Positions 57,480 to 64,000 of a DNA stretch of 64,000 nucleotides are shown one piece after another. Under the pieces are notes generated by a model. That model made no database searches. It had not been told where the DNA came from and worked only from the letters and a program-made list of their open reading frames with translations. The stretch's first letter is position 1. Every line of letters begins with the position of its first letter. Location of the stretch: positions 355,818,001 to 355,882,000 of the forward strand of contig OZ024743.1 of NCBI GenBank assembly GCA_964016885.1. Reading direction: 5' to 3'. The position numbers and the translations under genes were made by a program. Source of the DNA: Eledone cirrhosa (taxonomy: Eukaryota).

Positions 57480-58438
57480 GAAAAGAATTGACCACAGTAT
57501 TGGACTGGTACTTTATTAATCGACTCCAAAGGGATGAAAGGCAAGTTTAAGTTTGACTTTGGCCACATTTGAACTTAGAGCACAAATAGCCAGAATGAAC
57601 ACTGCAAACAAAGCATTCCATCTGACGCTCTAATAACTCTGTCAAATTGCTGCCTTAATTATTAAACCATCATACAAATGTGTCAATTTCAGTAGGACTT
57701 TACACATGATCACCTGTTGACCTGAGAGCTATGAGAGAATAGGAGATTCCTGACTGTTTGTCCACTCCATCATTGGTCAAGTTATTTTTGAGGGAAACTT
57801 TTAGTTATTTTTGCTGTTGTGCGGATTGGTTACGTTCCCTGACTGACCTCTGGAAGAAGGTTGAGGAGTCAAACTGAAACTAAAGTAAGAGGCTCAAGAG
57901 AGAGAGAAAAGGGGAAAAAAGAGGAAATGGAGAGAGAAGAGAGTGTTAAAGAAATAATGAGAGAAAAAGAAGGGAGAGTAAAGTGGAAAGAAAGAAGGAA
58001 AGATAAAAGGAAAAAGAGAGGGTGAGAGCATGGGAAGTGGATATATATATATATATATCCACTTCCCATGCTCTCACCCTCTCTCTCTCTATATATATAG
58101 AGAGAGAGAGATTGGGGAATTTCTGTTGTTCTGTTGACAGAAGTGGAAGTAAGGAAGAGGTAGGTAGGTAGATGGGTAGGAGAAAGCAACAGTTGTTATG
58201 CTAATAACATAAGAAGGTATGTATCTGTGAGATGCAACAAACAACACACGTCTGGAGTAGAAGGAAAGTTTCTTTCAATATATTTTTTTTTGTTTTCTTT
58301 CTTTCTGGAGATATTGAAAGATAATAAGAATAATAAAAAAATAAAAATAAATGAAATAAACATCCAAAATATCACTGAGTAAATTATTCTGGTATAAGGC
58401 TGTCTGTTTGTCCATGTAGTCACTATTTAAAGCCATAG

Positions 58439-61400
58439 CTATGTACCGTTCGCCGATGGTAGGCATATATATTCTATAGTAGTACAATAACCTAAGTCTA
58501 AGGAGGAAGCCATAGGGTGGGCTTCAGTGAGAGAGAGGACATTGGAGGCAGTATTTGGGTCCACAGTTTGGGATTGAGCTATCACTTGCCCATCCGTATG
58601 GAAGTGACTAGCAGTAATAGCATCAGTGCGAAATTGTGGGTGCTGTAATAGACTACTACGATATTGGTTGTTTTGCAAGGTGTGAATGTTAGGGTCAGCA
58701 ACTTGCAGTAACTGTGAGTCAACTGCACCTGTGTGCTGTGTGGTGATTTGCTGTGTTGTGGTGATATGTGTCGGCACTGCTGCTTCAGTCATTGCAACTG
58801 CAATCATCTCGGAGGTTAGCAAAGAATGAGCCTCCGGCGTGACAGTCACCTCTTGTGCATCTAAAGGACTGCTTTCGACATCTTTGTAAGCAATCTGCTC
58901 CAGCTGCTGTTGTTCCTCTTGCTCTTCACTCAACAAATCCATTTGGTTAGGTGGAAGGGAACTCCTAGGTGCACGCTGCTTACGTTCTTTGATTGGGAAA
59001 ATTTGACTACCTTCAGGGGGTTTTCTGGGGTCAATCTCTTTATTATAAAGGCCTGTAAAAACTGAGAGAACTTCGAGGCTTTTGTGATCACACTGGTCCT
59101 GGTGAATTTCTAATAAGTGGTTACGGAAATCTTTTGTACTGTTTGTGCCAAATGGACAAAATTTGCATGGGTAAATAAATAGACCCATGTGCCGTTTGGT
59201 TTTAGTTATATGTTTACGAATGTTTTCATGAGTATTACAGGAGTAGGAACAATATGGACATTTATAAGGTTTTGAACCAATGTGAATACGCATGTGACGC
59301 CGCAAGTGAGTACTGTTGCCGGCTTTGTAAGTACAATAGTCACAGTGGTAAGTCCTCTCTCCTGTGTGGATTCGTGAATGACGAGCTAGCCGAGTCTTTG
59401 TAGCGCCAGAATAACCACAGATGTCACACAAAAATGGCTTCTCGCCGGTATGTGTTCGAACGTGGCTATTTAGTTCGCTTTTGAAAACAAAGTCCCATCG
59501 GCAATTGGGGAAGGGGCATTTATGGACACGCTGACCATGACGTCGCATGTGGGCAACTAGTTGCATTTTCAGAGGGAAAGCTTGACCACAAACATCACAC
59601 ATGTGGGTAAACTTGCCCATATCAGAGTTCTCATGTTGCTTCATGTGTATGTTAAAAGAGAAAACCTTTTGAAATTCTTTGCCACATATTTGACATTTGC
59701 GTTCGGTTAAACCTAAATGACGCAAAATATGGCGGCGCAGAGACAGACTTGAGATGAAACCATTCTGGCAGAACCTGCAGACAAACGGTTTTTCTCCTGT
59801 GTGCATGCGTAGATGTTCCATAACATGTTCTTTTTTCAGTTTCTTTGAACATTCCGGACACTGTACGGCACTATCACGTGGTTGCTTAGCAACTTCGTCC
59901 AAGTAGGCTCGAAACTGGCTGGTAGTGATATCTTGACCTCGAAACTTGGACCTTACAGCTTCTTCATTGCTCATGTGATTATGATGTGCCTCAACATGAA
60001 ACTGGCACCAACGCTCATCATCAAACTTCTTGCCACACTCCTCACACGTATACAAGTTAGTTTCATCGCCCTTTACCAAGTTCATCTGATGCATTTTACC
60101 AGCATAGTGCACCCGTAATGCTTTCTCAGAAAGGAACACCAGATCACAAACATTGCACATAAAGACATGACCTGAATGTACATCAAGATAGTGTGGCCGA
60201 AGATCACCATATGTGGGTGCTGTGAAATCACAATGGTCACACTTATAGATCTTGTCTTTAGCTTTGTTCTTCCGTGTTGCTGCATATTTCCGAGGGCCAC
60301 TGACTTTAGGAGTTTTCACTGATGTTTTGTCTCCATTCACATACAAATCATCTTTGACATTGGCCACTCCTTCTTCATTTTCTCCCGGAATGGATTCATC
60401 TTCATCTCCTTCCATAACCACTTCATCAGTTGGTATTAAATCAGGATTGAATGTTTTCTTCTTCCGCCGTGGTTTTGTCACCTGTTCACTGCTCAACTTC
60501 TTAATATGTCTGTCAGTCTTCAAATGTAGCTTCAATGAGTAGCCATCAGAAAAGTTTTTGTTGCAAGGGTTGCAGGAAAAGGGTTTTTCTTTAGTATGAC
60601 GTCTCCGTACATGGATTTCTAATGATGACATAGAGTGGCATTGAATATTGCAATGAGGGCATTCAGGTTTATGTCGGCCCTTGCGTCTTGGTGAAGCCTT
60701 CACCTTTTTGCCACTCTTGTGTTTATGCCTGATGTGACGGCGTAGACGAACAGATGAGTGCATCATTATATCGCAGAAAGGGCACTGAATCTGATAGCGA
60801 CACTCTTTAATGATGCACAACTGCTTTTGTCGTTCCAGCGCCTCCTTATGCTGGACATCTTCCATTAGATGGTTTAACATTTCAGCATTAGAAGACAGCT
60901 TAAGGCTGCAAACGGTACAGAACATAGGTCCCACAAGAGCAAGACAGTTCTTTGAATGTTCACTAGTATTCATATGATCCATCAGATCATTCTCTCGATT
61001 GAAATAAAATTGGCAGACTCCACATTGAAATGGACTCAACCGGATCACGAAACGATAATATTTCTCCAGAACACGGAAGCCCTCTGGGTGATTTCTAGCT
61101 CTGTTTTGATGATATCGAGTCAGTATATGCCTACCGATAACATACTTACTGAAGAAAGATTTATCACATATCTGACAATGATGCACAGAGCTTTTGCCAT
61201 TGTCCTTTTTATTCTTCTTCTGTTTCTTTGTAGATTGTTCTTCAATGACAACAACTTCATTAGGGTCTTTAGATGTTCCTGCAGTGTCTTTCAGAGAATC
61301 AGCAGATTTTTCCACATGTTCACAACAGAAGCTGTCACATGCAGAGCAGTAATTTTCTTTGAGATTACTTGAATCTTGTTCTTTGCTGCTGACAGCATTA

Positions 61401-62383
61401 GTAGAGCCATCTTCAACACCAGTTACATCTTCCAATATAGAACTGTCATCAGCAGAAATATTAGCACTGTTTTTATTTAGCTGCAGCTCATGGGGCGTCT
61501 CTCCAGGCTTCCACTTGCCACGTGTATAGCTGGGATGTGGGAAATTTTTAGAAGATGATGGACCTTCACCAGGTTTCCATTTACCACCAGTGTGAGTTCT
61601 TGGAGGTACGTTGTCTTCATCAGAAGAATAATCATTAGAATCACTTGACAATTCCGTATAGGAGAAATCCAGCTCTTCATCGCTGGAGAAATCAAGACTG
61701 CTAAAAATATTTGAGATAGGCAAATCACTGTGATTGTCTGCTGATCCTTTATCCAATGTTGTGTTCACAGCTCGGTTTTGTTTTGCAGGCAAACAATGGC
61801 GTTCATTATCTTCCTTTTTGTACTGAAGTTCTAAGGAATGGAAGAAATTCTCCCCGCTTTTAACCGGGGATGAAGGTGAAGCTTCTGGCAGCTGGTCATC
61901 TTTCTCCGCTTCTGGTTCATTAGTGTTGACCACTTCTGCAGTGACTGCTTCAGGCACATCTTTGACAACACTGCTGACTTCAGTAATGGTATCAGTTGTA
62001 ACAATCACAGGTTGTTGTAACAGTTCAATTGGGTGAGATTCTTCACTAACTGTAAAGTTAACGGTCTTCAACTGAGCAGAATTCTCCAGTGTAGCCTTGT
62101 CATCAATGTTACTACTCAAAGTGATGGTCTCTAGCCTTGGTTCCAAAACACAATGTTCCTCTGAAGTGACAGTAGAGGTGCTAGCTTCACTACAATCAGT
62201 TTCAAACATATCTTGGGCAGATGTTGATGGTGGGATCTTACCGAGACTGTTCAAAGCCTGTTGGGCAATGCTTTTTGTTGATTGACAGCCAGCTTGCTTG
62301 TGTTGAACATAGTTCATCAAACCTTCTATGGTCTGATGACAGTTCAGACACATGTGCATATCTTGCTCTGCATTTGCCATCAT
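58439..62383 (-). CDS. Large multi-C2H2 zinc-finger protein (single ~3.9-kb coding exon)
   Basis: Open frame of ~1314 aa from the ATG at 62383. It has an N-terminal C2HC finger (CLNC..HKQAGC), an acidic region, about 20 C2H2 fingers with TGEKPF linkers and several long-spaced (U1/matrin-like) fingers. A splice acceptor (ttttcttttgtctttcag) places the exon start at 62402, so upstream exons may exist. Confidence 0.93.
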   Translation of the reverse strand: MMANAEQDMHMCLNCHQTIEGLMNYVQHKQAGCQSTKSIAQQALNSLGKIPPSTSAQDMFETDCSEASTSTVTSEEHCVLEPRLETITLSSNIDDKATLENSAQLKTVNFTVSEESHPIELLQQPVIVTTDTITEVSSVVKDVPEAVTAEVVNTNEPEAEKDDQLPEASPSSPVKSGENFFHSLELQYKKEDNERHCLPAKQNRAVNTTLDKGSADNHSDLPISNIFSSLDFSSDEELDFSYTELSSDSNDYSSDEDNVPPRTHTGGKWKPGEGPSSSKNFPHPSYTRGKWKPGETPHELQLNKNSANISADDSSILEDVTGVEDGSTNAVSSKEQDSSNLKENYCSACDSFCCEHVEKSADSLKDTAGTSKDPNEVVVIEEQSTKKQKKNKKDNGKSSVHHCQICDKSFFSKYVIGRHILTRYHQNRARNHPEGFRVLEKYYRFVIRLSPFQCGVCQFYFNRENDLMDHMNTSEHSKNCLALVGPMFCTVCSLKLSSNAEMLNHLMEDVQHKEALERQKQLCIIKECRYQIQCPFCDIMMHSSVRLRRHIRHKHKSGKKVKASPRRKGRHKPECPHCNIQCHSMSSLEIHVRRRHTKEKPFSCNPCNKNFSDGYSLKLHLKTDRHIKKLSSEQVTKPRRKKKTFNPDLIPTDEVVMEGDEDESIPGENEEGVANVKDDLYVNGDKTSVKTPKVSGPRKYAATRKNKAKDKIYKCDHCDFTAPTYGDLRPHYLDVHSGHVFMCNVCDLVFLSEKALRVHYAGKMHQMNLVKGDETNLYTCEECGKKFDDERWCQFHVEAHHNHMSNEEAVRSKFRGQDITTSQFRAYLDEVAKQPRDSAVQCPECSKKLKKEHVMEHLRMHTGEKPFVCRFCQNGFISSLSLRRHILRHLGLTERKCQICGKEFQKVFSFNIHMKQHENSDMGKFTHMCDVCGQAFPLKMQLVAHMRRHGQRVHKCPFPNCRWDFVFKSELNSHVRTHTGEKPFLCDICGYSGATKTRLARHSRIHTGERTYHCDYCTYKAGNSTHLRRHMRIHIGSKPYKCPYCSYSCNTHENIRKHITKTKRHMGLFIYPCKFCPFGTNSTKDFRNHLLEIHQDQCDHKSLEVLSVFTGLYNKEIDPRKPPEGSQIFPIKERKQRAPRSSLPPNQMDLLSEEQEEQQQLEQIAYKDVESSPLDAQEVTVTPEAHSLLTSEMIAVAMTEAAVPTHITTTQQITTQHTGAVDSQLLQVADPNIHTLQNNQYRSSLLQHPQFRTDAITASHFHTDGQVIAQSQTVDPNTASNVLSLTEAHPMASSLDLGYCTTIEYICLPSANGT

Positions 62384-62514
62384 GATGCCAATCTGGTTCT
62401 TTCTGAAAGACAAAAGAAAAAAAGTCTTAAAAGATTACAGTTATATTATTTGATTATTTACATCTACATGTCACACTCTTATACTAACAATAATTATCAT
62501 ATTATAAGGTAGCT

Positions 62515-62790
62515 TGTGAAAGCACATGGCCTAGTGGTTATGGCTTATGATCATTATGACATGGGTTGGATTCCTGGACTGGGTTGTGCCCTGTGTTCTT
62601 GATCAAAACATTTCATTTCATGTTCCAGTATACTCAGTTGAAAGTGAGTACCGGCAGGTGCTGGGAGTTAACTCTGTGATGGACTAGTGTCCTGTCCAGG
62701 GGGGGAGTCTTGTATCCTCAATCACTTAATGCCAATGAAAACTGGCATAAGCACCGGCCTGATGAGCCTCTGGGCTTGGAACAGACTTTT
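62515..62790 (+). mobile_element. tRNA-derived SINE, family B
   Basis: TGGCCTAGTGG A-box, GGGTTGGATTCC B-box and a body similar to 7822-7990. Confidence 0.65.
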
Positions 62791-64000
62791 TAACAGACTA
62801 GTTACAGAAGCGGGTCTCTATTTTCGCATTAATACTTTACGGATTTGGACATGGCATTTTAAGATTAGAGCAGGTGGACAGGTTAACAAATGAGGGGGGT
62901 CAGTATTCTGTATTCTGTTACCAGGTGATTTTCAACATGACACATCTCTCCCAAGATCACAATACAATTAGTTCTCAATCAGAACCTTAGGATAGTATAA
63001 TGTAATTTTAGAAAAGATTCAAAGCTAAAAGTTGCATTGAGTCAGAAAGAAGTCATCTAACTTCATGTATTTTTTGTTGTATGTATTTTTGTTTATATCT
63101 TATATGGCTTCAATGGTCTAATTTAAACATTTTTTAAAGCTGAAAATAAATCTGCTGATTGAAAAGATTCTCTGTTGTAAATGCTCACTAAAAGATGGTG
63201 TAGTTATAGCTGGAATGTCTTTGGTTATAAGTTCTCCACTCGATCAGAGCTGACCGGGGGCTAAACAATAACAGAAGCAACAACCACCATCAAAGCCAAA
63301 TCTAGAATCATTGTCAACTATATGATAAAAACAAAATGGACTGTTGCTTTTAACAATTAGTGTTCCCATTGTTCAATCAATAGAATAGCCTACTCTTGAA
63401 ATTAACATACAATTGATTAAGATCTCCAGGAGACACATGTACCCTGTGATGTAGTTCTCAAGAAGATTCAGTATAACAGAATGTGTGACAATGCTGGATC
63501 TTTGAATTACAGGAACAATTTCCATCTACAGAATGTCACTCCACAAGACATTGGTCAATTCAAGGGTGTGGGAAATGATGCTCAAGATACCATATGGTGA
63601 GATTGAACCCAAGACCTAAAGATTGCAAAACAAACTCTATAACCATTCAGCCAAATCAAGTTCCCAGTAGGATTGAACTAATCATATACATTTCACCAGG
63701 CATTTACTAGCCTTGACCAACAAACCTTAAGTTGAGTCCTATATAGAGATAAAAACAAAACAAAAAAAAAAAACTAATTCACTGAAAGTCATGCATTTAT
63801 TATAATTTTGAATATTATTTTAATTCTATTTTAAACTGTTCAGAAAAACTCAATACAATTAATTGCTAATTAAAATGTTAATAAAGATTATTTTTTGGTT
63901 TTAAAAATTTAATTATACAAAATTATGGTCCCCATCTTCAACACCACTAATGTCTAATTAGAAATAAATGAAATTATGAAATGATAATGAAAACTAAAGG

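Noticed and set aside
62384-62413. ORF-track start of the zinc-finger protein at 62413
   Set aside because: It is a TTG inside the polypyrimidine tract of a splice acceptor. The exon starts at 62402 and the first ATG is at 62383.

Overview
AT-rich, microsatellite-dense animal genomic DNA. The SINE families and repeat landscape suggest a cephalopod (Octopus-like) genome, which is an inference. There is one host gene exon: a large C2H2 zinc-finger protein on the minus strand at about 58.4-62.4 kb. The rest is mobile DNA: an apparently intact RTE-clade LINE ORF (APE + RT + PHD-like finger), several decayed Penelope-like elements (RT/GIY-YIG), RLE-type LINE remnants, about 20 copies of a tRNA-derived SINE, hAT- and piggyBac-type MITEs and a non-autonomous Helitron. 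The most striking feature is a 5-kb array (31121-36186) of visually identical 310-bp non-coding units. Each unit carries a complete type I hammerhead ribozyme motif in a heavily base-paired monomer. The array has 11 units on the minus strand fused head-to-head with 5 on the plus strand, inside a (TA)n tract, and looks like a non-LTR retrozyme (circular-RNA retroelement) locus. At least 8 further hammerhead motifs of several families, plus fold-back palindromes built from hammerhead 3' halves, are scattered next to (TA)n tracts. Most short ORFs in the supplied track are microsatellite artefacts. All structure calls were made by eye; no folding or database search was run.
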